Notes: generated by a model from the sequence alone, not told the origin. Positions 1 through 12,602 are shown, numbered from the whole stretch's first letter. The stretch: DNA of 63,149 bases, filler included, from Rhabdomonas costata (GCA_019059605.1; 44 parts of 44 records of this genome joined end to end with filler, not necessarily neighbours in it); one strand, 5' to 3'. Translations and numbers: made by a program.

Positions 1-919
1 TTGTTGGGTGTGTTGGGGGGTTTTGTTTCGGATGGGTGAACGGGCAGCACCGGTACGTAGAGGCGTTGCCGTTACAGCACATTGCTCTATAGATGCGGGC
101 TATTCCTGCCCTTCTCCGCTGAACCTCCGGAACCTCGAGGTTGCCTCGCTAACTCCTTGCCCTGGTGCATCTGCGAGTAATGTCGATTCCCGTTCCCCAC
201 TCAGATACGAACTCTGGATGATGCCTTTCCTCGTGATAATGAAGGATCTCACGCGGGATTAGTTTCGATAATCACTGCACACGAGGCCAAAAAAGCGCCC
301 ACAGAAAAAACAGACAAAGGGAGAGAAAGAAAGGCGGGTGGGGAAGGAAAGAAAATGCCTCCCACTGCTTCGTGGAGTAGTCCCCGTCCTCGGGTTGTCC
401 CTGGGAAACCTGTTTCGTGGACGCAGAAGGGGCAGACCACTCACCGACCTTGCCATACTCACATTAACTTTTTTCTTAGGGGCACAGAGAGAGGTTATCC
501 ATGGACTACAGTTTGCAATCAGCATTCCATTCCAAGCCTTCTGCATATTCTCCTCCTGCTGGGTAGAAGTGATTCCGTCTCCGCAGAATTCCAAGGTATG
601 TTTTCAAGAAGAGTTAAAGCTTTTCATTTTGCCCCATTCATCACTTCCGTAAACTCAGCATCCCCACCCTCAAACGGTCGAAAAAAAACTTTAAAATCGT
701 CATCTAGGGGGCAGTGGAACAGTGTTCCTAACCCCTGTTGGGAAAATACCATCATCTAATGGGTGCATACAGAATGGGCACACCAGCGAACCCCACTCTC
801 GGAAACTTCTCCGAAACACAAAAAAGGACAACACTATTAAACACCAAAAATCAAATTTTCGGGTGATGCATGTGGGCTCGCTGGTTCGCTAGTGGTAATG
901 GGTGTATGCTGGGACGCAC

Positions 920-1114
920 CTGCTGCTCCAGGTCAACGATCCGAGTGCGCAGGGGCTTCACGGTGCTCTCCAGCAGCTGGAGATAGCTCTCCTCCTGCTG
1001 CACGATCTGCTTCCGCTGCGCCGCGAGGTGCTCCTGCAGCAGAAGCTGCTCCGCCTTCTGCGCCGTGGACTGCCGCGCGTACCACTGCAGCAGCTCAATA
1101 ATCCGCTCGTTCTC
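920..1114 (-). CDS. Internal exon of a coiled-coil hypothetical protein
   Basis: 195-nt phase-0 exon bounded by AAG| and |GTGCGT; ENERIIELLQWYARQSTAQKAEQLLLQEHLAAQRKQIVQQEESYLQLLESTVKPLRTRIVDLEQQ, Q/E/L-rich with GC3-rich codons. Confidence 0.65.
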
Positions 1115-1873
1115 CTTAACCCCACGCACACGTATGGTGTCCTGGTGCTTGGCTTGCCATTGACCGAGATGATGCGACTCAAGCTGACTTGCACATTTAC
1201 TGTTATCGGCTCAAACACTTGCTAACCCAGAGTCCTCAAGAATTCAAGGTGGGACGAAAGCAGACTTCAGCTTCAGAACATTAAGAAGGAAATGCACCGA
1301 CAAGGCGGCAACCAACATTGACACACGGCCACCACCCNNNNNNNNNNNNNNNNNNNNNNNNNNNNNNNNNNNNNNNNNNNNTTAATTAATTAANNNNNNN
1401 NNNNNNNNNNNNNNNNNNNNNNNNNNNNNNNNNNNNNGGGTGTTTCGTGCACTCCCACTCCTCTGCGTCCGTCAATGCTACTTTGTTCCCAATTCTTTTG
1501 CTTTGCACCTTTCTTCGGTGTTTTGCCGGATTTTGCACACCCGCATTGTATCATCATTTTCTACCCCTATCCGCTCCCCAATGCATCACGCACCCACGCA
1601 CACATCTTTTGTATGTTCACACGCTGCCTCACCCCTCACCCCGAGACTTTATTGTGCTGGTTACGCTTTTCCTCCCTCTCCCTCGCCCTTCCCACAGCGA
1701 TCCCTCTGTTTTTCCGCATGCTTTCTACTCAGCTGAACAATCCCCTGGACGTTTCTGTTACCTATGAAAGGCCCCCCAAGTGCATTCGGTGGTGCACTGT
1801 ATTGCCCGGATGGTTGGATGCGCGGATGGATGGATTATGGATTCTCTCGGAGCTCTAAATGTAGGGTTGTTGT

Positions 1874-2083
1874 ATTGGGGGGGGGGTAAAGGTTTAACAA
1901 CGTTAACAGTTGAAATTTCTTAAACTTAAAATTCGGCATCATCTAGTGAGTACAGGCACAGTTAACCTAACCCCGGTGCTGAGTAAATGACTTTTTTGAA
2001 CAACAAAAAGTTTCGGCTTTTAACTCCGTTGAACGTTTAACACCATTAAACAGTCAATTTTTATAAGAACCCCCACCCCCAAT
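1874..2083. mobile_element. MITE-like intronic element with G-tract/C-tract inverted ends
   Basis: ATTGGGGGGGGGG at the left end, CCCCACCCCCAAT at the right end, AT-rich interior; core 1937-1977 matches 698-738 of another contig at 30/41 ungapped positions. Confidence 0.4.
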
Positions 2084-2210
2084 GGCACGTCCCCGCCTCA
2101 TCCGTCCGCTCCGGATTTCTTGGTTTGTAGCATGGTCAATTGTCGGAGAAAGGAATGCCGGGTGTTTTCTAATGAATGTCTCAGAAGCCAAGCTTCGAAT
2201 GTCATCGCAG

Positions 2211-2378
2211 GGCATTGCGCAGTTCATCCAGGGCGACACCCAAGAAGCACTGCCCTGTTTCTTGGAGGCGGTATCAGTTCTTTCTTTGGATTACCCATCG
2301 AGAAAGCTGATGGAGTGCTGTGGGTACGTGGAGTCCGGTGAGATGCCCCCAGACGGCGTCCTTCGAATGTCAAAGTAG
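2211..2378 (+). CDS. Terminal exon resembling the C-terminal tail of class III adenylate/guanylate cyclases
   Basis: GCAG| acceptor then GIAQFIQGDTQEALPCFLEAVSVLSLDYPSRKLMECCGYVESGEMPPDGVLRMSK-TAG; resembles the helical tail with D-x-P-S and DGV...K-stop that follows many cyclase domains. The catalytic domain itself is not visible. Confidence 0.45.
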   Translation, partial: GIAQFIQGDTQEALPCFLEAVSVLSLDYPSRKLMECCGYVESGEMPPDGVLRMSK

Positions 2379-5300
2379 ACCACATGAAGTGATGGTGTGC
2401 TTGTGTGCATGTGCGCGTTGTGATGGTCGTTTTGTTTTCAACGCCCCCCGTTCCTCCCGCCGAAATGTCGCGGTGGACTCGTTTTTAACTGAGACGGAAA
2501 CTGTGCAAATTTGGGACGACGTTTACCTCATTAGGAAATTGGGGGTGGGGGTAAAAATCGTGCATGAAATTTCATCTTTCGTTCTGCTTCATGGGTGTTC
2601 ATGTTATGCAAGTGTTGGAAGCGTAACAGATCGATAAACATCAAGTTTCGGTGAGCAAACGATGTGGTAATAGTTGTGATGTTATGATTTCGAACGTCAA
2701 TAATGACACCTCGATCGAGCCCACCGTCCCCATTCGCGTCTTGGGCCACCTCGCGCTCGCCTTGCCCAACCCACANNNNNNNNNNNNNNNNNNNNNNNNN
2801 NNNNNNNNNNNNNNNNNNNTTAATTAATTAANNNNNNNNNNNNNNNNNNNNNNNNNNNNNNNNNNNNNNNNNNNNTGTTTGTTTTTTTGGGGGGCTCTAA
2901 ACTGTCGACACAGGAAAGGAGCAGCCCGTGAAGACAGTTTAGAGCCCTCCAAAAGACCAGAAGAGGCAGCCGAAACCCTCCTCCGGCAATCATTGGAAGT
3001 ACATTGGGAGCCAGGCTTAACTCTGTGCTCTGCAGGCTTCATGGCGGCCCCAAAGCAGGGACATTCATCCACTGCAACCATATTCTTGTACTTTACCCTC
3101 CATTTTCTAAATTTTCCTTCGTCACTGGCTATTTCCAACGCGTCGTAAAGCGACAACATCCAAAAAGTAAAGGAAAACAAAAAGTAAAAAGTCTGGGTAC
3201 ACAGCCGAAGTAAAGCCATATACAAAAGCCCCCGGGTGGGGTGGGGTGGGGTGGTATGACTGCCACCATGACGCTCTTGGATGAGTTGGATGAGCCATTA
3301 AAGCGCCAAACGCAACAGGAACCAATGCTTCCTGCCGGACACAATATTCCCGGAACCCCGTCCGGGAACTGGTACACCGCCCATCACAAAGGAACTTCAC
3401 GGAGGTCAGGCCCACCAGCACATCATCGCGGTGCACAGCTATACAATACAATGAGAAAATTTCCAAGCACTGAAGATGATTGCACAGAGGCGTACAGCAA
3501 TCTGCTCCATGCACGCAAGCGGCAATGGCACGGAAACGCGGAAACGCTGAGCGGTCGACGACTCCCGAAGACGTGAGCAATAGGGGTGGGGATCGGGGGT
3601 GCACATCAGCTTTCAAACAAAAAAGTTGAAGCTCAGGGGTTGACCGCTGGATCCGCTGCCGCAGCAGGAGCTGGGGCTGGGGCGGGAATGCCAATGTCCA
3701 TGGGAGGCACCTGCACCTTTGGAAAAAAATACACATCCATAGAACAAATAAATCTCCGAAAAAATGGAGAACATGGATTGAGGTGCAGCGAAAGCAAACG
3801 TTTCCTCACATCGCCCTTCTATCCTAAAGAAAGTTTTTCCATCACCGACCCGTTTCTCACGGCGCAAAAATCATGTCTGGGCTGGTGTTTATCATTCGGA
3901 GAAGGGATGCGAAGCCGCCTTCGATTATGGGAGGTCACTGAGAAAACACTTTCCTGTCTGTCTATCTGCCTCTCATTTCGCTCTCTCCTCTCTTTCATTT
4001 CAGTCAGAAAACCTTAGCAAAGACTAATTATGGGAAACGCAATCACAGGATGTGCATTCAAATAGCAGGGCCCGTTCCTAAACAATCCATCCATATACCC
4101 CCCCACACACACACGCCCCCCAAAATATTAAAATACCTCTTCTTCCGTTTCTCCTCTAGCCTTGCATTGCTCACAAGGGCTCACTCCCACCAACACTAAA
4201 CTCACCTAACACANNNNNNNNNNNNNNNNNNNNNNNNNNNNNNNNNNNNNNNNNNNNTTAATTAATTAANNNNNNNNNNNNNNNNNNNNNNNNNNNNNNN
4301 NNNNNNNNNNNNNGTTTGTTTTGAAAGTATAGTTTATAGTTTATATTATGTGTTTGTGACTGTCTTTAATGTATCCTCCTTTGTACTCCTCTGAACTTTG
4401 CGCCATTCAGGCGAGCAAGGACGCTGCGTCCAGACCAACGCCGGATTCGGTTCCAAGTAGGTCAGAAGCGACGGTATGAACCGAATGTTGAATGTGGAAT
4501 TGGGATGGTGTGGGGAGGGACGGGAAGGAGCTTAGCAAGTTTCCTTCAAGCATTTTCAAGGAAATTTGTCCCGTCAACTTTTGCGCAATTACTTTTTGCT
4601 ACGGAGTCAGTCAAGCTTTGCTCAACCAATGGGGCTGAGCGCAGTATTCTCAGGAGCACACTTCCGACCTCTTTTCTCTCGAAGAAAGTAGAAGTGATGT
4701 CGTTTCGAGGCTGATAGGCAGCAAGCTCAGTTTAGACCAAAAACTCTACGCTACACCCTACACTCACCCCGTTACTCCACACCAAAAATACGTTCCATTG
4801 TGCAGATGCCGTGGACGCACAGTCCAACACGAACCACAGTGTGCAATTTCGTTTCCTGTTTTAGCGTCCCGCACCCCGACCTCAGCCGAAGGCAAGCAGG
4901 TCCACGAATTCCAACTTCAGCCATTTCAGTGGCAGTGGTGGTTCTACATTCCGGCCAGCAGGCTTCTGCCGCCCAGGTTTGCCATCAATCTTTCGGGCAT
5001 GACCACATTAAAAAACACAGCCTCTGTGTTTGGTGTTTGCCCTGCAAGCAACCATTCTTATGTGTACATGTTTTCGTATTTTTTTTATTTACGCCTTTGT
5101 TAGCTTTTTCGGTTTATTGCGCCCCCCCGCCCCCGTGACAGTGTCGTTGGTCCAACCAGCATGAACCAGCATGAGCATGGGGATAGAGGGGGTGAGGGTA
5201 TGTTGGGAAGCGGGATTAAGACGATGGGAAAGGGGAACGAAAATGGAACGAAAAGGTTTTTGCATGTGCAATTACTGAGGTTGTCACATTTGTGGAGGCC

Positions 5301-5756
5301 ATGTTTGACAGGAGCAAACACTCTTCGCGTATTAGCGATTCAGGTGTTCTAATTTCTGCACTGGGTTTTTGGCACATGAGTTGTTGCAGCGTCTGGGGTT
5401 TAACAACGAGCAGGCATTTTTCACAAAAAGGACCGCAAGAAGATCTGAGATGGAAATCAAAAAACAAAACAAGAGTGAAATCGGAAGAGACATGGAGGTG
5501 CTCGCGTCTCGGAGCGGCGGGCCCCGGCCCTCTCGATCTTTTCCGTTATAGTGGACTCTAGTGGACTCGGAGGAATGCTCAGGGCCATTCCTCCGCCCTT
5601 TCACTCAGAACCCCGAACTCAGAACTCAGACTTCACCGGCATAAGCACGGTNNNNNNNNNNNNNNNNNNNNNNNNNNNNNNNNNNNNNNNNNNNNTTAAT
5701 TAATTAANNNNNNNNNNNNNNNNNNNNNNNNNNNNNNNNNNNNNNNNNNNNGGGTG

Positions 5757-6130
5757 TGGGTTCTTAGCCTCGCTCCGGCATAAAATAATCCTGAGCTGTG
5801 GTTGGTGTGCCAGCAGTGCAGGCATGTGAATTCCAGCTGCACAAAAAACATTGAAGCCGAGTGAAGGACAAGTACAAGGAGTAACAGGAGTAGGAGAACG
5901 TGGTGTATGGACGCTGCCCGAAATTTAGCATCCAGCTTCCAGCAGGACCCAGAGAGGCCCAAGCTCAGTGACCTACAAGCTCATGCCTCCAGATCCTCGC
6001 CTAAAAATCTGGTTCCATAAGTCACTTCACAAGCTACATTGAGATGCAGTGCGGAATTCACATGCCTGCACTGCTGGCACACCAACCACAGCTCAGGATT
6101 ATTTTATGCCGGAGCGAGGCTAAGAACCCA
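5757..6130. repeat. Contig-terminal inverted repeat (78-bp arms), probable amplification chimera
   Basis: 5757-5834 is the reverse complement of 6053-6130 and starts at the contig edge. Confidence 0.9.
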
Positions 6131-8115
6131 TGGAGCCACCAGATGCATGTCCCTGTATGTTGTTTGCATAGGTGCTTGTGGCATGGACTGCAGACTCCAC
6201 ACAAGCATCCTCCATCCTTCGTCGAAGCCTTGAGAAGTGGATTACATCGTCACCAACCACAACACATCAATCACACCAAGCAGAGAAGTCGCAGATGCAG
6301 CAACCACAGCGGCGGGTTGCCACTCGGAATCCAGCCACCAACCATTCTAGAGGCGCCTTCAGGCCCAAAGCTCAGTAGCTCGACGACGCCAAGAACACAC
6401 ACAACGAAAAAATCAGCCCATCCATGATGCCATCCTCAACCATGTTGTGTGTCATTGTGCTGCTAATGTGCGCGCCCTTGATGTTTGCGCTCTTTCATGG
6501 CGCCAAGCCCCATGTGTTTGCGCCTTCTATAAAATAGGTGTGGGTCTGCTCCATACGCCCTCCACCTTGCTGCACGACGTGGTGTTGGCTGTGATGTGTA
6601 GGTCCGTGAGCATCACCATCACCACAATAAACGGCATCCAGAACAAACACAACTAAAATTCAGAGAAGAGTTTAGCCACCGAGGCAAAACACTGTGCTTA
6701 CCGTGGTGGCCAAGAAGGATGGACTTTGTTGTGTGATTTCTTTTGCTGGCCTTTTCCTTGTTATGTTTTATCAGATTGTTTCATTCATTCCATTATTATT
6801 CTCTTACGTCTTTTGTTTTTACTGCTGTGTGGGTGTGTACTTACGCTTTAGCCGCTTTGCCGCTTTTATATTACACAATAATTTCTTCTCATATTTTCCA
6901 TTCTCCACTTCATCCTGGGCGGTGTGTCCCACACCAGCGGAGGCACGTATTAGACAATGTGGCCCATCACTAGGACATGGGGCCAAAAGCTGTTGCCGGC
7001 GCCTCAGCCGGTGTTTGAGTTACTGAATTCTAGCAGGTGTTTTGAATTAGGTGCCCGTACTGCAGCCGCTTGATTATGATAAAATTCCANNNNNNNNNNN
7101 NNNNNNNNNNNNNNNNNNNNNNNNNNNNNNNNNTTAATTAATTAANNNNNNNNNNNNNNNNNNNNNNNNNNNNNNNNNNNNNNNNNNNNTGTGTTGTGGA
7201 GTCTGTGAGAGCCACAGGAGATGGCGCGGACAGCAGCTGGCCACCCCCGAGGCGCCGGGGCCTCTTCTTCTGCGGCGAATAGTGGCAAGCATATTCCAGG
7301 GAGGTGGCTGTTTCCTCGCATAGTGCGGTGGGGTGCGTTGCAGTGCATTGAGGTGTGGCCGGCGCGGTCACTCATTGCAAACTCTCAATCAGATGCCTGA
7401 GAGGTACCGAGCAGGGGACTGGTTACCGAGCAGGGGCAAAGCAACAGTGGGGGAGGAAAAGGCATACCTGTGAGAGACAATCACTGTCACTGTCGCTGTC
7501 GCTGCCACCATCGTGGGGCTGACAGGGCCCGAAGCGCGCGTTCAACTGCAAAGACAGCGCAGACCGTGCAGCCCAAGAAACGGCACAAAACAAAGAGCTA
7601 AAACCGTCGCACGGCAAAACACCCATATCAGGTCTTTACTTCTATACGACAGTTTGTCGCAGATCTCACGTAAGCGTGTCAAACCTGGACTTCACAGCAG
7701 AGAGCTCTTTCAAACCTGAGAACACCTTTGCTATTTGCCACAGACATAATTTTCTGCTCGGAACCCCTTCCACTCCACCCCAATTCTGCTGACTTAATAT
7801 CTGCCGTGGCATGTTTTGCTGCACCGTTCCAGGTGAAAAAACTCGCGCGGAGGGTTTCCGCCTTTCTCACACCTTGGCGGATGGGAACCAGAAGAAAAAC
7901 AAGGATGATTTTATTATGATCTGGTAACCGACCCCCTCTGCCAGCACCTCACTCCGTCCTTTTTTTTTTCACATCTTGTTGGCTGCACTGCAACCTCAGA
8001 CAACCTACCACGCTCTCGTGCTGAGCGGTCGTCAGCATCAAAAATGCCTTCACGATCAGCACGTCAGACTCACGTGTGCACGAAGGGAAGAAAGGAAAGA
8101 GTGGGAGAAGCGCAC

Positions 8116-8407
8116 CTCTTCCAAGCTCAGCTTGAGCTCCGCTCCGGTGCTAACCGCAGCCGTGGTTAGCACAGCGACATAGGGCTCCCCAGTGAGGTGG
8201 TGCCGGACCATCCGCAGTGTGGCATTCCCTGCGCAGCTCAGCCTCAGGAACCGTGCCTCGTTGCGGCAGTGCCGCAGGCCGTACTCCGCGGAGCGGCCGG
8301 GGAGGCGAACGAGGCCAGGGCGCTCAGCGTCCCCAGGGCTGGGGCAGCACCCCACTGCAGCACACACTCGCTGGTGAACCACCTGGAACGGCCCCCAGCA
8401 AATCCCT
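8116..8407 (-). CDS. Exon encoding a degenerate SET-domain C-terminal half
   Basis: RNEARFLRLSCAGNATLRMVRHHLTGEPYVAVLTTAAVSTGAELKLSL parallels the SET pattern GNxARFINHSCxPN...IxxGEELxxDY; ends at GAG|GTGCGC. The 5' boundary is uncertain. Confidence 0.55.
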
Positions 8408-8627
8408 CTGGCCAAAAGAGGAGTTCCTTATACCCCGGTCCGGGCTATCATCGCACAAGAAGAGACACCCACAGAAGTGGAGATTCAGCCGAGTAAAAAT
8501 AAAATAACACGTAAAAACCAAAAAACCNNNNNNNNNNNNNNNNNNNNNNNNNNNNNNNNNNNNNNNNNNNNTTAATTAATTAANNNNNNNNNNNNNNNNN
8601 NNNNNNNNNNNNNNNNNNNNNNNNNNN

Positions 8628-9479
8628 TTTGTTTGGGTGCGGGGGTAGAGGAGGCCGCGGAGCGGGCGCGGGGGCTGCCGCCGTTCCACACATTGGTGGT
8701 TCTGCTATCCGAGGAGAGCCCGGAGCATCGCCGGGCGGAGGACTTCGGTGTAGCGAAGCAATTGCGTTCCGTGGGGGCGTCGCTGAGCATTTCGGTGATC
8801 AACATAGTGAGCCTGAAGAGCTTCGAGACGGACCGTCTGGCGGCCGACCTTTATACGATTCCGAAGCCGGTGACGCTTGGGAAGCTTGCGAAGGCCTTTG
8901 ATTCGCTTCTTCCGGGGTGCTTTGGGAAGCTGCCGCTGGACTCTCCTGGGCATCGTCGGCTAGGCGAGTTCGCGAAGAATGTGAGTGTCTTGGTTGTGGA
9001 CGACGTTGGTATGTATCGCGGCTTACGTTTCCTGTCGTATTAAGGATGTGCTTTCGGATGTTCGTGTCGACAAAGAATATTTAAGTTTTAGATCTGTTTG
9101 CCATGATATCCTACTCTTTGCTGCGTGGAACAACGTATTTCGTGTACCATAATCTTCGCCTGTTCCTTCGTCCCCGATGCAAATCAAAGTCGGGGAGCGT
9201 CTTTCTTTGGGTGGGTGGGGCGAAGCTCGTTTCAGGTTCCAAGTTTCACGTTGCAGGTTTTGGTGTTGTATGGTCCTCTCGGGCTCTGTTGACGGCTCCC
9301 CTGGTGGATTCCCGAACACTGTACACTTCTCCCCTTTCTGCGCAGAGCTCAACCGGCGTGTCCTCTCCCTGAAGCTGGGCCAGATGGGCATCACGAAGGT
9401 GCAGGTGGCGTGCAGCGGTACAGAGGCGGTCCGTCTTGCGTGCACGGCGATGGTCCCCTTTGGCCTAATCCTGATGGAC
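8628..9479 (+). CDS. Two-component response-regulator receiver domain protein (likely hybrid histidine kinase), partial, exons 8628-9008 and 9346-9479
   Basis: Splicing G|GTATGT...GCAG|AG gives VLVVDDVELNRRVLSLKLGQMGITKVQVACSGTEAVRLACTAMVPFGLILMD, a classic receiver domain up to the phospho-acceptor Asp; upstream IPKPVTLGKL resembles the end of a preceding receiver-like domain. Confidence 0.88.
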
Positions 9480-9790
9480 GTATGCCGCCTCTCAGAGCAC
9501 CTCCTTTGAGGATCGCCTTCACGCGTGTGCGCTTGCAAGATGCCAATACGGTATGACGATGATGAGATTGCAACCGGCCCACTAATCTCTGAGCACTCTC
9601 TTGCACCCTGACCATTGGCAGGTCAGCCTATCAGGAGATATCGCATCATGACCACGCAACAGTCCAGGCATACCTTGTATGGCTCTTGGGGAAGCCTGTT
9701 ATTGGCAAGTCTTTCCTGTTCCAGCCAACGCTGGACCCCCCCCCCTAAAAAGAGTAGCTTTTATCAGGAAGGGGCTTTGCTGATGGTCTC

Positions 9791-9962
9791 TGGGGAATGA
9801 CGCTTTGCAAATACGCTTCGCTACAATGCACAGGTGCAGGTCTTTCTGTGCAGGTCTTTCTTCAATTTGGGCCTTAATTAATGATGATGATGATGAGACC
9901 TGCACAGAAAGACCTGCACCTGTGCATTGTAGCGAAGCGTATTTGCAAAGCGTCATTCCCCA
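9791..9962. repeat. Contig-terminal fold-back (67-bp arms)
   Basis: 9791-9857 is the reverse complement of 9896-9962, ending at the contig edge. Confidence 0.9.
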
Positions 9963-10220
9963 CAANNNNNNNNNNNNNNNNNNNNNNNNNNNNNNNNNNN
10001 NNNNNNNNNTTAATTAATTAANNNNNNNNNNNNNNNNNNNNNNNNNNNNNNNNNNNNNNNNNNNNTGTGGTGGGTGTGTGTGGGGTTGGTGTGGGAAGCT
10101 TCGCGAAGGAAAAACACTCACCGCCGGTGAAGGTGTAGGATTATTGCAAGATACCACGCGTACAAGTGGCATTGGTGCACATCCTGTGTCTAGCTCACTT
10201 GTGGGATGTGTGGGGCGCAG

Positions 10221-10530
10221 GATGCCTTGGGCCGCACCCCACTTCACCATGCAGCGGAGAGCGGCAGCGCGCAAGCCATTGCAGTCCTTCTGAGAGCCGG
10301 AGCTAGTGCGGCCACGCAGGTGGGGCGCACTTTCCGTCCTGTGTGTGTGTGTGTGGTCTTTCTCCGCCATATCAAGTTTTGCGACTGCTGGAGACTACGG
10401 TCAGTCTTCAGACAATTTATGTCCCCAACCAGCACAATCGAATGCCTGGTTGGGTGGGGCAGTGTTGCCTTCACCTTTACTCCTGAGCGAATCCAGCGTG
10501 TTAGACCGTAATATGGATTCGAGCCGATTT

Positions 10531-10565
<35 letters not shown>

Positions 10566-11157
10566 CGTGCGTGTGTATTTGTGTGTCTTTCTGGATGCAG
10601 TTGCGAGTCCTTTGTTTGCTGTTGGATACTCCATACATGTGCCTGCGCGTTTAATGAATGCCCAAGTCAGTGGTTTGATGATGTACACCGGGCTCTTGTC
10701 ATTCCCCCTTTCATATGAAAAGTAATCATCGGTTTGGGCCTTGCGAAAAGTGCGGCCCCCCTCTCTGCACTTCTCTTCTGATCTCTCCTCCTATTTTTCA
10801 TTTTTACTCTCATTTGGCCCTGCATTCTCAGCCACACACGCATTCCCTGGTGCGAAAGTATTTTTGGGGTCCGGAATTTGTTCGATATTTTTAGGTTGTA
10901 TTTTCATGCTTACCTGCCTCCTCGCCGCTTCCTCGTAGGATGCTTCTGGGCTGGTGCCGTTGATCGTGGCCGTGGCGACCCACAGCGACCGCGGCTGTGC
11001 TGAGCTGGCTGAGCCCACCTTCGCCTGCAATGTCATCGGCCCCAACCACATCCTTGATCCCGCCTGGGGCATCACGCTGCTGCACGAGGCCACTCGGCAT
11101 GACATGCCCGAGTTCACCACCGCTTTGCTGAAGCATGGCGCCAACCCCAGCGCAAAG
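10221..11157 (+). CDS. Ankyrin-repeat protein, partial, exons 10221-10319 and 10939-11157
   Basis: DALGRTPLHHAAESGSAQAIAVLLRAGASAATQ joined to DASGLVPLIVAV...WGITLLHEATRHDMPEFTTALLKHGANPSAK; GT-AG phase-0 intron. Confidence 0.9.
10534..10561. repeat. (TG)n microsatellite, intronic
   Basis: About 14 TG units followed by (CGTG)n. Confidence 0.95.
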
Positions 11158-12304
11158 GTTTCTTCTGTCACATACGCATACATACACACATTAGCAAGAC
11201 TGCCTTTTTGCGGAGACCAAACACACAACCACCTCGGGCAATTCACACACACATAACGGGCCCGGGACCCGTGAGGCAGAAGGGAGGTTCCCCTTTGAGG
11301 AACGTTCGGCGGTGAACCGGTGCCCCTCGGCTCGTTCCAGCGGTTCCTCTCGCGAGCACGCGTGGTCAGTAACGCGTGCACCCGTCAGTCAACAGTGGTC
11401 ACCAACCCNNNNNNNNNNNNNNNNNNNNNNNNNNNNNNNNNNNNNNNNNNNNTTAATTAATTAANNNNNNNNNNNNNNNNNNNNNNNNNNNNNNNNNNNN
11501 NNNNNNNNGGGGTTGTTGGTGGACGCTCGGCGCCTTAACGTTGTGGTGCGTTTCAGGGCTCCTCATTTTTTTTCCACCTGCCCCCAACAGTAGTCATGGA
11601 AATCATGTTTAATGGGAGTTTGCGTTGCTTTCTCCTCTAGGGTGAAAATGTGAATCTGAGTGTGGAGCTGCTCTATCGTCTCTTGTCCGGAATGTTCTGT
11701 TGCATTGCCTTTGCTGGGACTCTGGATTTCTCTTCTGGTTCCAAGTGCGCTTTGCTTGTCGCGTATAGGGCTTGCAGTGGGTTATGGTGGTGGGCACGAG
11801 TGCCGCCTCCTGGAACTCTATGGTGAACCATGGGTTTCCGCTGACGGTAGGGCTGGTGGTGCTGGTCGTCGTGGGGTATGCCTGAGGCCTTTTCTTTGTA
11901 CGGCGTGCTTGGCCCGGAAGAACCCCAAAAGTGGGAAAGAAACTACTGGTTTGTTCACCCAGACTTCTGGGAAGCATCTCGTATATCCCAGAAATGGTGA
12001 GCTGAACTTAGGAGCTTTGAATCTTCAAGGAGGAATGCTGACATGGTGTGTCATGAAAGACATTTTGTTACGTTTTCTGAACCTCCTGTGTGTGCCTAAC
12101 CGGTGGCTTTTTGATTCCTTTTTTTTTTGCCTTTTACCATGGCAGGATCAGCGCTGAACACCACACCATGAAGAACGAACAAACCAACGCAGTAGCAAAC
12201 TAACGAGCAATTGAAGACCAGAGCGAATCTTTATCCCAGTCCGCCTGTCTTCCCTCTCCCCCATGACCCCAAAACCCAACTGCTTTGCCTTCTCTTCCTG
12301 ACAG

Positions 12305-12602
12305 GACCGCCGTACTGACCAGCCTCCTGGTGAGGTTTTTCACCGCCCCATTGATCCGCCTGGTCCGAGAGGTGGAGCTGCTGTGCGCCTTGAACGTGGT
12401 TCGGATGCAGCCCTTTCCCCGCTCCGTGTACAAGGAAATCGACACGCTGACGCAGGCCTTCAACACACTGACGCGGAGCTTGGGGGAGTACCGGAAGTTC
12501 ATGCCGGAGTCCCTGTTTGTGCGGTGCAACCACAGCTGCCTGCACCTGGACACCCGCTCTGACGAGGACGCGATGGAGCCTTCTTTACCGACCTCCACCA
12601 CC
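12305..12602 (+). CDS. HAMP-like linker exon of a probable receptor-type nucleotide cyclase
   Basis: LLVRFFTAPLIRLVREVELL...SVYKEIDTLTQAFNTLTRSLGEYRKFMPESLF has a HAMP pattern (P-L, E-I-x-x-L-x-x-A-F) followed by a (R/K)-F-x-P motif that typically precedes class III cyclase domains; bounded by ACAG| and |GTGGGT. Confidence 0.65.
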
